DNA of 38,893 nucleotides from Nanobdellati archaeon (GTDB taxonomy: Archaea > Nanobdellota > Nanobdellia > Woesearchaeales > JAADFO01): positions 1 to 38,893 of the forward strand of contig JAADFO010000026.1 in NCBI GenBank assembly GCA_013152815.1. Reading direction: 5' to 3'. A program made the position numbers and the translations under genes. This document shows positions 1-8,086 of the stretch, one piece after another (the stretch's first letter is position 1; the number at the start of each line of letters is the position of its first letter). The notes beneath the pieces were generated by a model. That model was not told where the DNA came from. It ran no database searches and saw only the letters and a program-made list of their open reading frames with translations.

Positions 1-1244
1 CCGGTAATGTCCTCGACGTTGCTGGTCGGCTTGTTTTTTGTAGCTTCTGCAATGAGCCGATCGACATATTCCCTGGCCTCCTTTGCCTGTGTCGCGAAGC
101 GTCTGATCTGCTGGGACTTCCGGATCAGCTCTGCCCTCGTCTGGAGATAGCCTGCATCGATATATCCTTGATAATAGTCCTCGATAAGCGCCGGCGTGAT
201 GTAACGGCCGACGCTCCTGAAGGAAGGATCCTGTTCTCCGGTGAGCTTGACTGCCTGAAGGACCAGCTGCTGACCGCTCACCATGGCCGCATAGGCAAGC
301 TCTTCGCCGGCAGCGTATCTGCTGAACATCTGCAGGTCATCCTCGAAACGCCCGATGGCCCAGGCGATGGATTTCTCTGGTTCGAAACGGTCATCGTTAT
401 GCGGCGTGCACTTTGCCTGGGTGCGGCATTGTTCTCCCTGACAGTCGCAGGGGACGATGTTCTCGATGAAAGAGGGATGTGCAGTGATAAGGCTGTAGCA
501 GATGGGGATGATGCCTGCACAGCCAAGATCCTCATCGATATGGAGGGGATCGCCCCTGCTGCTTGCCGCGATAAGAGCCAGGATCTCTGAGCTGTTGGCA
601 AGGCCCCGGCTTTGTTTCTTCAACTGTTCGTCAACCGTTTCTTTGTAAAGGAGACTGACCTTGCGTATCATGTTGCCCTGGTCCTGCGGGATAAGGTATT
701 CATTGAGCGGCTGGCCGGAAAGGCCCATGCGGATGTCCTGTGACGATACGCCCATCACCCTGTCCTGGTCTGCATAGAGATGGAATGTTTTGGCAGGTAT
801 GGTGTCGGGAAAGGCCTGATCAATGTCTGCTTGGAGTCGGGGTGCAAGGTAGGCTGCCAGTGCCTGTCCGGGCGGAGAGCGGAGGCAGCTTGTCTTTTCC
901 CTGTTCCAGAGGTTGAGTCCTGCATAGGTGCCGCAGGGAGAGACAGAGAGGAAACCTCCGTTCCTGCCGAGGGGAAGCGCTGCCTCGAAGACCGCGTATT
1001 TTGCCGTGGAAGCAAGGGTGAACTGGAGCTCTTCACCGGCCTGATAGGTCCTGAAGAGGTCGGTTGATTTCTTGCCGATAGAGACATCGAGCCCTTGTTT
1101 CTCGTCGGTATATTTGTCGTTGAACAGGAAGATGGCTGCGGTGAAGATGAAGAGGACACCTATGAAGATGAAGACGATGAAAAACCGCGCCCGCTTTCCC
1201 AGGGGCCTTCTCTGTTTGTGTTGGTGTTTCATGGCGTTTGCCAT
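1..1244 (-). CDS. Prepilin-like membrane-anchored protein with a degenerate (probably inactive) SLT lytic transglycosylase domain; 3' end runs off the window
   Basis: Not in the ORF track; translated by hand from ATG 1244, open to the window edge: MANAMKHQHKQRRPLGKRA/RFFIVFIFIGVLFIFTAAIFLF...ILALIAASSRG...CAGIIPIC...CDCQGEQCRTQAKCTPHNDDRFEPEKSI...AAMVSG...VLQAVKLTGEQDPSF. Colinear with the SLT domain of 3696..5231, with Ser (codon 563-561) at the catalytic Glu position. Confidence 0.85.
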   Translation of the reverse strand, partial: MANAMKHQHKQRRPLGKRARFFIVFIFIGVLFIFTAAIFLFNDKYTDEKQGLDVSIGKKSTDLFRTYQAGEELQFTLASTAKYAVFEAALPLGRNGGFLSVSPCGTYAGLNLWNREKTSCLRSPPGQALAAYLAPRLQADIDQAFPDTIPAKTFHLYADQDRVMGVSSQDIRMGLSGQPLNEYLIPQDQGNMIRKVSLLYKETVDEQLKKQSRGLANSSEILALIAASSRGDPLHIDEDLGCAGIIPICYSLITAHPSFIENIVPCDCQGEQCRTQAKCTPHNDDRFEPEKSIAWAIGRFEDDLQMFSRYAAGEELAYAAMVSGQQLVLQAVKLTGEQDPSFRSVGRYITPALIEDYYQGYIDAGYLQTRAELIRKSQQIRRFATQAKEAREYVDRLIAEATKNKPTSNVEDIT

Positions 1245-1260
1245 CTTGTTATCGTGGTAT

Positions 1261-1914
1261 TCATATCGGAAATGTGCCTGCGAAGAGCATCCAGGTGGTC
1301 AGTGTTATCTTTATGGGAGTGTGGTCAAGGCCAGGGAGATAGATGACAGCCACGGCCTTGTCGCCCTCTTGCGGAACATAGATGGACGGGCCGGTGGGAC
1401 TGCTGCCGACAGCATTGGATACAGACTCAGCATAGGTCTGGGCCTTGTCCCAGAAATAGGAATAGCCGAAGTTCGCATTGAGGGTGTCGCTGTATTCGAT
1501 ATCGAGGTTCCAGAACTGCCCATATCGCTGGAAGAACATCTCCTTGGCCTTCTCCCTGACGATGGCCAGGCGTTCGTCCTGATATTGGCCGAGGATGATG
1601 AGATCGGCCAGGGTGAGTGTCTTGTCGAAGACATCGGCACCTCCTGCGCCGGCAAAGGCCACGCCAGAACCCTGGTCTGCCGGTGTCCTGAGGAACGTGA
1701 GAAGCGCGGTGTCAGTATTGAGGGACAGAGCATCCTGGTTGATTTTCTGGTCTGGCCGGTCCTTGAAGACAGACAGCATGATGATGAAAAGAGCTGCTAC
1801 GAGGATGATGCCCAGCAAGGCAAAGGAATCAGGCAGGACCGTCGCCTGGGCACGCTTCCTGGTTCTCGTTCTTCCTCTTCGTTCGGGGATTTCTGTTCTC
1901 TTCATACGCATCAT
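1261..1914 (-). CDS. Class III signal peptide (pilin-like) hypothetical protein
   Basis: Basic leader ending RKRA/Q, then hydrophobic helix FALLGIILVAALFIIMLSVF; co-oriented within the cluster. Confidence 0.75.
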   Translation of the reverse strand: MMRMKRTEIPERRGRTRTRKRAQATVLPDSFALLGIILVAALFIIMLSVFKDRPDQKINQDALSLNTDTALLTFLRTPADQGSGVAFAGAGGADVFDKTLTLADLIILGQYQDERLAIVREKAKEMFFQRYGQFWNLDIEYSDTLNANFGYSYFWDKAQTYAESVSNAVGSSPTGPSIYVPQEGDKAVAVIYLPGLDHTPIKITLTTWMLFAGTFPI

Positions 1915-1955
1915 CGGACTTGTTCTGTTATGTTTCGTGTTTCTGATGCCTATGG

Positions 1956-2501
1956 CTAACTGCTGGGCATCAGCACATCAAATTTCAGGTATCCTGGTAT
2001 GAGACGCTGCCGGTAGCGGTCCCAGATGAGGATGTTGCGGGTTTCCCGCACCCTTGCGCTCGAACCCTTTCCAGAGAAGCCCGCGAGGACATCCCATCGG
2101 TCGTACCATCGCCTGTTCAGATAGATGGGCGGAACATAGTCCTTGCGTTCTGGGGATGCCCTGGAACCGGCAGCGTGGAGCGTTATCTTTGCGGCGATGA
2201 TCTTGTTCGGGTGCGTGAAATTGATGGCCTGGGCCAGCCGTCGGTCGGTGAAGTATAAGGGGTCGACGATGCCAGGGTGGCTCGAAAGCCCGTCATCATA
2301 GGTGAAACCGTGGGGGGAGAAGTATATCCGGTTGATCAGTGTGGCAGCCTTTGCCGGCTGGTCGTGCAGGGAGATGTTGGCGAACCACACGATGGCAGCA
2401 TTCGCCAGCACAAAGACGATGACCAGGACCATCAGGTTGATGATCCACCAGGTGAATTCGAAAGCAACTCCTCGCCTGCCCAACCGAAGACGGCTTGCCA
2501 T
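1956..2501 (-). CDS. Class III signal peptide (pilin-like) hypothetical protein
   Basis: MASRLRLGRRG/VAFEFTWWIINLMVLVIVFVLANAAIVWF; start overlaps the upstream stop (TGATG at 2501). Confidence 0.8.
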   Translation of the reverse strand: MASRLRLGRRGVAFEFTWWIINLMVLVIVFVLANAAIVWFANISLHDQPAKAATLINRIYFSPHGFTYDDGLSSHPGIVDPLYFTDRRLAQAINFTHPNKIIAAKITLHAAGSRASPERKDYVPPIYLNRRWYDRWDVLAGFSGKGSSARVRETRNILIWDRYRQRLIPGYLKFDVLMPSS

Positions 2502-3520
2502 CAGGGACCCACCTTCTTTGGGAAATAATCAAGGATTGCCGTGTCGATGGCATGGGCAAGGGGCCCGGGAGATGACGTGATGCTCAGTTGAGGATCCGCC
2601 CGGCTGTTGCCTATCTCGAGATAGACAGCGAGAGGGTTGCCTGCATAGAGTTCTGGTTGGTTCCCCGGCAGGACAGCGGTGCCTTGCAGCTGGGGGAAGG
2701 CGGCCTGTATCTCGTTGAGGATGCGACAGGCAAGATGTTTTGAAGGACGGAAGCGGCTGTCCCGCGGTTGCGGCACATAGGCGACCACGTCCTCAACAGC
2801 CGGATCTGCATTTGCACCCTGGTGGAGGGAGAGCATCACCAGGTTGCCCTGCATCTTCTGGTAACGCTCCTTATCTGTCGGCCGGGACTGCCTCGAACGG
2901 GTGGCAGAGGCAGGATACCCTGTTCCTGTACCGAGCAGCGCACGGGTGATGCTCCAGGTGAGCGCCCGTTCAGACGATGTCGCAAATCCCGGATCGATGA
3001 TCACCTTGATCTGCGCCAGCGGTGTTGATGAACGGCTGCCGCAATCCATCAGACGCAGAGAGACTTTAGGGTCATCCTTGTCGAACACGAGCAGGGTGTT
3101 CTCCTGCTTGGCCATGGCAAGGGAGGTGAGGACCCCCTTGTCGTGCAACGAGTAGGCAGTATCCTGGCCGTAGGGATAACGGAAGGGAAGGATGCTCTTG
3201 TCGTCCCTGATGGAAACGGTATCGTTGGAGAAGTTCAGCGTATATCGGTCGAGAGGCGGAGGGTAGTAGAGCTCAAGATTTCCAGGTGCAGCATAGACCG
3301 CAGAGGTAAGCAGACCGATGTCCCGCACATAGTATATCTTGTTGAAGTAGGTGGAGTCGCTGACACTTGCCATGTTGCCGTAGAGGACGACGACAACCAT
3401 CACCACGAGAACTGTCTGAAGAGCCATGATAAAGAGGTCTGTATCTCCGTCTGCGTCTTTCCGCTTCCATAGCGATGCAGCAGTTGCCCTATTTCCAGCA
3501 TGCCCCTCTTTTGACAGCAT
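2501..3520 (-). CDS. Membrane-anchored pilin-like protein with C-terminal Amidase_3 (N-acetylmuramoyl-L-alanine amidase)-like domain, first Zn ligand lost
   Basis: Start moved to ATG 3520, about 25 nt downstream of a TATA box; the ORF-track extension translates a U-rich terminator. WKRKDA is followed by a TM helix. The C-terminus has Amidase_3 motifs in order: KVIIDPGF (normally IDPGH), SERAL, ATR...ER, LSLHQ, SKHLA, AVYLEIGN, LAHAIDTAILDYF. Confidence 0.75.
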   Translation of the reverse strand: MLSKEGHAGNRATAASLWKRKDADGDTDLFIMALQTVLVVMVVVVLYGNMASVSDSTYFNKIYYVRDIGLLTSAVYAAPGNLELYYPPPLDRYTLNFSNDTVSIRDDKSILPFRYPYGQDTAYSLHDKGVLTSLAMAKQENTLLVFDKDDPKVSLRLMDCGSRSSTPLAQIKVIIDPGFATSSERALTWSITRALLGTGTGYPASATRSRQSRPTDKERYQKMQGNLVMLSLHQGANADPAVEDVVAYVPQPRDSRFRPSKHLACRILNEIQAAFPQLQGTAVLPGNQPELYAGNPLAVYLEIGNSRADPQLSITSSPGPLAHAIDTAILDYFPKKVGP

Positions 3521-3540
3521 GAAGAATTCACAGCAAAGAG

Positions 3541-3560
3541 CATTTAAATACTTTTGGTCG
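3541..3560 (-). promoter_or_regulatory. Putative archaeal BRE/TATA promoter for a leaderless transcript starting near ATG 3520
   Basis: Minus strand reads CGACCAAAAG-TATTTAAATG, about 25 nt upstream of ATG 3520. Confidence 0.55.
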
Positions 3561-3647
3561 GTGGCTGACGCTCCCAAGAACATGACGAGAGGGAGAGAGA
3601 AAGAGCAGAAAGGGATGAAAAAAAAGAGGGGTGAGAGAAACCGGGGC

Positions 3648-3676
3648 AGGAAAGAAAAAGAAAAAAAGAAAAGAAA
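3648..3676 (-). terminator. Putative oligo(U) archaeal terminator
   Basis: Long T/C tract on the minus strand just after the stop of 3696..5231. Confidence 0.5.
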
Positions 3677-3695
3677 CCGAACAGCAGCAGACATG

Positions 3696-5231
3696 TCAGG
3701 TGATGGTGGTGCCTATCTTCTGTTCAGCGAGTTCCTTGTATGCCAGGACCCTGGGGACGTACTGCGCAGTCTCGGCTGGAAGGTATGCTGAGACCTCGGC
3801 GAAAGAGGGGTTGGCCTTTCCGGTCTTTCGGATCGCCTTGATGACAGCGCCGGGTCCTGCGTTATAGGCTGCGATGACGAAGGAAAGATAATCAGGTGAT
3901 GTGTGATATGCAGCGAGATATTGGGTGGCGAGCTTGTTGAGGTAATTGATGCCCGAACGGATGGCCCGGTCGGGATTGAAGCGGTCGTCGTTGGCTGGCC
4001 CGCAGCGGGGACTGATGCATGTCCCTGCAACACGGCTCGCCGGCTTCAGGCAGGAACAGGCCGTAAGGAATGATTCCCTGAAGCCGCCGATGACCCCATT
4101 CTCCTGGGAGTTCTCCTTTGCGGTCGCGTAGGTGAACTGCATAAGCCCCGCAGCGTCTGCAGAGGATACTGCATCGGTTCTCCCCGCGCTCTCAGTGAGG
4201 ATGTGCCCCAGGATAAGAGAGGGGGTGATGCCTTCATAGGAGGGGGCCTGTGTGTGCATCGCATCAAGGATGGTGGGGAGATATGCTGAGATCGCCTGAT
4301 CCATGGTCTTGCTGCTGCCGCTTCCGAGGATGACATTTCCTGCCAAGGGGATGGAGGAGAGCGTGTCGATCTCTTTCTTTCGCGCACCGAGAAAATCCTT
4401 GCTCGCTTCATCCTGGATAGCACCGTAGAGATAGACAAGACCCTGCTGATCCGGATCTGCATAGCGCATGTCCATCTTATCGAGATAGAGTCGCTGGCTG
4501 TTCCAGGTCCCGCATTCATCGCCGTAGATGACAAAGTAACCGTAGGGCGCCTTGTCCAGGACGGCATTGCCGCTCTTTACATCGACCTGACGATGGATGC
4601 CGCAGAATCTTGGCTCCTCCTTCGATCGATAATGGGAGATGAAGATGACCTCGCTGGAAAAGGTCCTGCAGTCGAGGATGTTGGTGTCCTGTTCAGACAG
4701 GGAATTCTCCTTGATGTCACCCTGGTAGAGACAAAGACATGCCTGGTCGCCGCATCGTAACGGCCGGATGATGGGACCGTCGGTATCGCCTTCCTGGACC
4801 AATGCCTGCCCATGGACCTGCAGCGAATCCCAGCCTCTGTCAAAACCGACGATCGCATATCCTGGTGGAAGCGAAAGCGTGGTGGTGGTCTCTTCATATT
4901 GTCGGGTGCTGCCGAGAAGGGCATCGATGTTCCTGGCGAGCCCCTCGAAATTGTTGGTGGCTGCCTGCTGTTCGGAGGAGGATCCTGCGCTCATCGCCTG
5001 GAGCACGTGGGGGACGAGGAAGACGATGAGCACTGCGCCCAGAAGAAGATAGAACGTCTGGTTGAGGAGATAGTGTCCTTCTGCTTTCTTGTCTCCCCTG
5101 TCTCTCCTGCCAGAAAAGGAGAACCTTCTTGAGGGCCGAGAACGACTCCAGGAAACCCGTTGCCCTGTCCGCGGCTGCGTCTGAGGATCGCTCAACTGTT
5201 TTCTGGACTCCTGCCGCGTCAGTAGGTGCAT
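3696..5231 (-). CDS. Prepilin-like protein: conserved six-Cys carrier domain plus C-terminal SLT (GH23) lytic transglycosylase
   Basis: DKKA/EGHYLLNQTFYLLLGAVLIVFLV leader. SLT motifs intact: ILTES (catalytic Glu, codon 4193-4191), AGLMQF, AAYNAG, ETAQYVPRV. Start placed at ATG 5231 (GGAG upstream; overlaps the end of the previous gene). Confidence 0.9.
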   Translation of the reverse strand: MHLLTRQESRKQLSDPQTQPRTGQRVSWSRSRPSRRFSFSGRRDRGDKKAEGHYLLNQTFYLLLGAVLIVFLVPHVLQAMSAGSSSEQQAATNNFEGLARNIDALLGSTRQYEETTTTLSLPPGYAIVGFDRGWDSLQVHGQALVQEGDTDGPIIRPLRCGDQACLCLYQGDIKENSLSEQDTNILDCRTFSSEVIFISHYRSKEEPRFCGIHRQVDVKSGNAVLDKAPYGYFVIYGDECGTWNSQRLYLDKMDMRYADPDQQGLVYLYGAIQDEASKDFLGARKKEIDTLSSIPLAGNVILGSGSSKTMDQAISAYLPTILDAMHTQAPSYEGITPSLILGHILTESAGRTDAVSSADAAGLMQFTYATAKENSQENGVIGGFRESFLTACSCLKPASRVAGTCISPRCGPANDDRFNPDRAIRSGINYLNKLATQYLAAYHTSPDYLSFVIAAYNAGPGAVIKAIRKTGKANPSFAEVSAYLPAETAQYVPRVLAYKELAEQKIGTTIT

Positions 5232-6565
5232 GCATACTCCCCCTTGGCCCTTCGTTCCATCGCCAGGTTCCATTGGGGCGTGCCCATCTCAAAATGCCAT
5301 GGTTCCCCTGAAAACCTGACAAACCCCGCCTGGCACATCACCGATTCCACCCGGGCGGGATCCATGTTGTTGAGGTTCCTTCCTGCGCCGTCATATATGA
5401 CAATGTCGATGGCCCCGCCGCTCATGTGGGGGCAGGGCTGTTGATTGTCGACAGAACCAGGATAGCAAGCAAGGCTGCAATGATACGGCCGGCCATTATG
5501 GTGTTTGGTCTTATAACATTGGTAGAGATCGTTCTGGATGTTCCAGTCCCTGTACGCCTGGGTGATGACCATGCGGTAGTTGTGATGGGAGCTTGTGGGA
5601 TCTTGGAAGTCGGTGGAAAGTTTCTCGAGCGCGTCGCGGACCGGAGGGATGGCCTTGCATATCTTGCCGAAATCGGTATTGGTCTCGTCACAGGTGATGC
5701 CGGGAATGCCCTGGATGCTCACGAGCTGGCTCGTATCGATGGTATAGTGGGTCTGTGGCAGATAGGTTACCAGCGTAGCGATGCGGTCCCTGACGGAATC
5801 ATCCTCTATGGCGCCGTAGATGAATATCCTGGAATCGGTGCTCTCTGGATCGGGATTCTGATCACGGAGCCGCTCAAGATAGAGCTTTTGGGCATCCCAT
5901 TGACCGCATTTATCCCCATAGATGACAAAGTAGCCGTAGGGTCCTGTCTTGAGAGGTTCGTCGAGGCCGGAAAAGACCAGCTGCCTTCGTGTCCCACACA
6001 TGCGTGGCTTAGCATCCTGCTGATCATCAATCGGATCGACAGGCCGCTGATACCTGCTGATGAAGCTCACGTCGCCTGCAAAGGGTATGCACTGCACCAC
6101 ATGGACATCCCGCTGGGACAGATCGTTCTCTTTGATGTCGTCATCATAGAGGCAGATGCACGCTGCATCACCACAGGCGCTGGGTTTGAAAAAAGCTCCG
6201 CCGTTGCGATAACGGTCCGCCTGCGTATGGCTGCCAGAGATGCGTTTCCAGTTCTTGTCAAAGCCGACGATGGCATACCCCCCGCGGAGGCTCAGGGTCG
6301 TATCCCGATAGCCGTAGTCTGGTCCGTCGAGAAGCGCCTGTATGCTGTTGCCGAGACCGTTAAAATTGTCGATGGTTGCCTGGGTCTCTGCATCCTTGGA
6401 ACCCGGAGTCCCGAGAAAGCTCGTTATGATCGGCAGGATCATCAGGATGGCCAGACCCGCGAGCAGGAGTTGCAACACCTCAAACAGCGTTATCGCGCCC
6501 TTTTTTTCATTAGCTCGTCGTCGCACCAGTATCCCCCGTCCTGGCAGGTTCTCCGAGGATGTCAT
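5219..6565 (-). CDS. Prepilin-like protein: same carrier domain plus C-terminal M15-family Zn peptidase (VanX/VanY-like D-Ala-D-Ala or related cell-wall peptidase)
   Basis: EKKG/AITLFEVLQLLLAGLAILMILPII leader. M15 motifs AYR...Q..LY, PHMSGGAID (His and Asp ligands) and GF...EPWHF (catalytic Glu, His ligand) are intact. Exact start uncertain. Confidence 0.88.
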   Translation of the reverse strand: MTSSENLPGRGILVRRRANEKKGAITLFEVLQLLLAGLAILMILPIITSFLGTPGSKDAETQATIDNFNGLGNSIQALLDGPDYGYRDTTLSLRGGYAIVGFDKNWKRISGSHTQADRYRNGGAFFKPSACGDAACICLYDDDIKENDLSQRDVHVVQCIPFAGDVSFISRYQRPVDPIDDQQDAKPRMCGTRRQLVFSGLDEPLKTGPYGYFVIYGDKCGQWDAQKLYLERLRDQNPDPESTDSRIFIYGAIEDDSVRDRIATLVTYLPQTHYTIDTSQLVSIQGIPGITCDETNTDFGKICKAIPPVRDALEKLSTDFQDPTSSHHNYRMVITQAYRDWNIQNDLYQCYKTKHHNGRPYHCSLACYPGSVDNQQPCPHMSGGAIDIVIYDGAGRNLNNMDPARVESVMCQAGFVRFSGEPWHFEMGTPQWNLAMERRAKGEYACTY

Positions 6566-6788
6566 TTAGTGAATCCCTGCTGTGGTCAGATTGTTGGATG
6601 GTCGAATTGATCGTGGGAGCGAGTCCGCCCTGGATGATCTTCTCCCAGAAGAGCGAATAGGTGATGTAGAGCAGGATGCCCAGGACGACAAGGATGAGGA
6701 TCATGTCCCCCACCGTGCTGAAACCGAACATGGCCTTCTTCGGAAGACTCTTCCTTGTATGTTTTGATCGAAATCTCATGACATTCAA
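6510..6788 (-). CDS. Small class III signal peptide (pilin-like) protein
   Basis: PKKA/MFGFSTVGDMILILVVLGILLYITYSLF; GGAGG immediately upstream in the previous gene's end. Confidence 0.7.
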   Translation of the reverse strand: MNVMRFRSKHTRKSLPKKAMFGFSTVGDMILILVVLGILLYITYSLFWEKIIQGGLAPTINSTIQQSDHSRDSLNDILGEPARTGDTGATTS

Positions 6789-7063
6789 CCTCCTTTTTTA
6801 TCCGGAGCAGAGATGCAGCAGATATTTTCTCCTGTGCAGCCTATCTTTCCGAAACGTAATGGCCCGCACTCTGATGGTGCCTTACAGCTGGCGCCTTTGA
6901 ACTTGCTTGGGCAGTCATCGATGCTTGATGAGAAGAGCGATGACTTGTTGACGATGATGGCGATGGTCACGATAAGGACGATAAGGACGATGGCCGCGAT
7001 CACGATGGTGTTGAGGCTGATGCCCTGTGCCTGTTTTTGTTGTCTCAACAGCTGTTTTCTCAT
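6785..7063 (-). CDS. Short pilin with six-Cys head
   Basis: Start moved to ATG 7063 (TAATG overlap, GGGGTGAG SD). MRKQLLRQQKQAQG/ISLNTIVIAAIVLIVLIVTIAIIV, then C-x8-C-x5-C-x9-C-x5-CC; paralog of 10893..11135. Confidence 0.85.
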   Translation of the reverse strand: MRKQLLRQQKQAQGISLNTIVIAAIVLIVLIVTIAIIVNKSSLFSSSIDDCPSKFKGASCKAPSECGPLRFGKIGCTGENICCISAPDKKGG

Positions 7064-7707
7064 TAGCTCACCCCGGTGATGATGCAGGTGTCGCTTGGCC
7101 GCAGGGTATGATCTCCGGCGATGCGCTTGCTGCTGTCCATTTTGATAAGGAGATGATAGTTGTGTTTCAGGAACCCCCATCCTGGCTGATAGATCTTCAG
7201 GGAGATCTTGGAATGGTCATCGGGATCTGCGAACATCGGGCGGAAAAGCGCGGGATCTTCCTCCATCTTGTCACCGAAGACCTCTTGGGGGGTGCTCCAG
7301 TCAGATTCCTTTACGAGGAAGAGCGGGTTGCGATAGGATACCTTGATGTGCATCCAGGGAATCTTTCCGTCGAGAGGGTCATTGAGGTCCTCTGAGAAGG
7401 AAAGCAGGATGGTGTCCTCAGATATCTTGTCCTTGGTCGGCTGGTAGGCAAAATCCTTGACCGTGCAATCCCGCACCGGAAGCTCTGACGGTTCCCTGTG
7501 CAGAAGACAGACATTTTTAGGGAGGCAGGGTCCGCTTAGGTCATCCTGGACTGTATCTGCGAGCCCCACGAGATTAAGGCCCCCTTTCCAAAGGGGGACC
7601 ATATAGGTGGAGATGATGAAATACAGCACCCCCGCAACAATCAATAGGAGAATAAACTTGATGGCAACTCCATAACCCTTCAAGTCTCCTTCTCCTCTTT
7701 TGTTCAT
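7063..7707 (-). CDS. Class III signal peptide (pilin-like) hypothetical protein
   Basis: MNKRG/EGDLKGYGVAIKFILLLIVAGVLYFIISTY; stop coupled to the next start. Confidence 0.8.
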   Translation of the reverse strand: MNKRGEGDLKGYGVAIKFILLLIVAGVLYFIISTYMVPLWKGGLNLVGLADTVQDDLSGPCLPKNVCLLHREPSELPVRDCTVKDFAYQPTKDKISEDTILLSFSEDLNDPLDGKIPWMHIKVSYRNPLFLVKESDWSTPQEVFGDKMEEDPALFRPMFADPDDHSKISLKIYQPGWGFLKHNYHLLIKMDSSKRIAGDHTLRPSDTCIITGVS

Positions 7708-7755
7708 CTTTCATGACCCGCTTATCTTTCTGGCGTTTTCTATCGTTTTTGTCTC

Positions 7756-7920
7756 TTAGTTGCCGAATTGAAACACTCGGACGATGTGATCCATAAGGCT
7801 GACCAGGTCTTTCCTGGTGAGCACGAGGAGACCGATGATAGCAGCAAGAAACCCCAAAGCGACCATCCACTTCACAACAGTGGACTCGAGGAATGCTTTC
7901 CTTCCTTTTATGCGTTTCAT
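7756..7920 (-). CDS. 54-aa mini-pilin (not in ORF track)
   Basis: Hand translation MKRIKGRKA/FLESTVVKWMVALGFLAAIIGLLVLTRKDLVSLMDHIVRVFQFGN*; fills the gap in the cluster; TATA-like CTTTTTATT near 8012-8020. Confidence 0.75.
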   Translation of the reverse strand: MKRIKGRKAFLESTVVKWMVALGFLAAIIGLLVLTRKDLVSLMDHIVRVFQFGN

Positions 7921-8086
7921 GTCGGTTCACTTCGCATGGTCTGTTCAGGCAACATCCTGCCCGAGGACGGGACAGGGCCACTGAAGGCCAAATCATCTAT
8001 CCCGACGCAACAATAAAAAGCTATCGGTGGTTTTAAGCTTGGCCGGCCCCGCTTTTTCCTCGCGACACATATCAGGAATTGCCAAT

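Noticed and set aside
3521..3694. N-terminal extensions given by the ORF track (also 7064-7180, 9963-10112, 16641-16712, 27444-27548)
   Set aside because: They cross terminators, promoters or neighbouring genes; downstream ATGs have better SD, TATA or overlap support.
2501..6565. Enzymes for the cell's own wall (pseudomurein) or for vancomycin resistance
   Set aside because: Pseudomurein lacks MurNAc and D-Ala and is confined to certain methanogens. The M15 domain is exported on a pilin-like carrier, and no van or mur genes are present.
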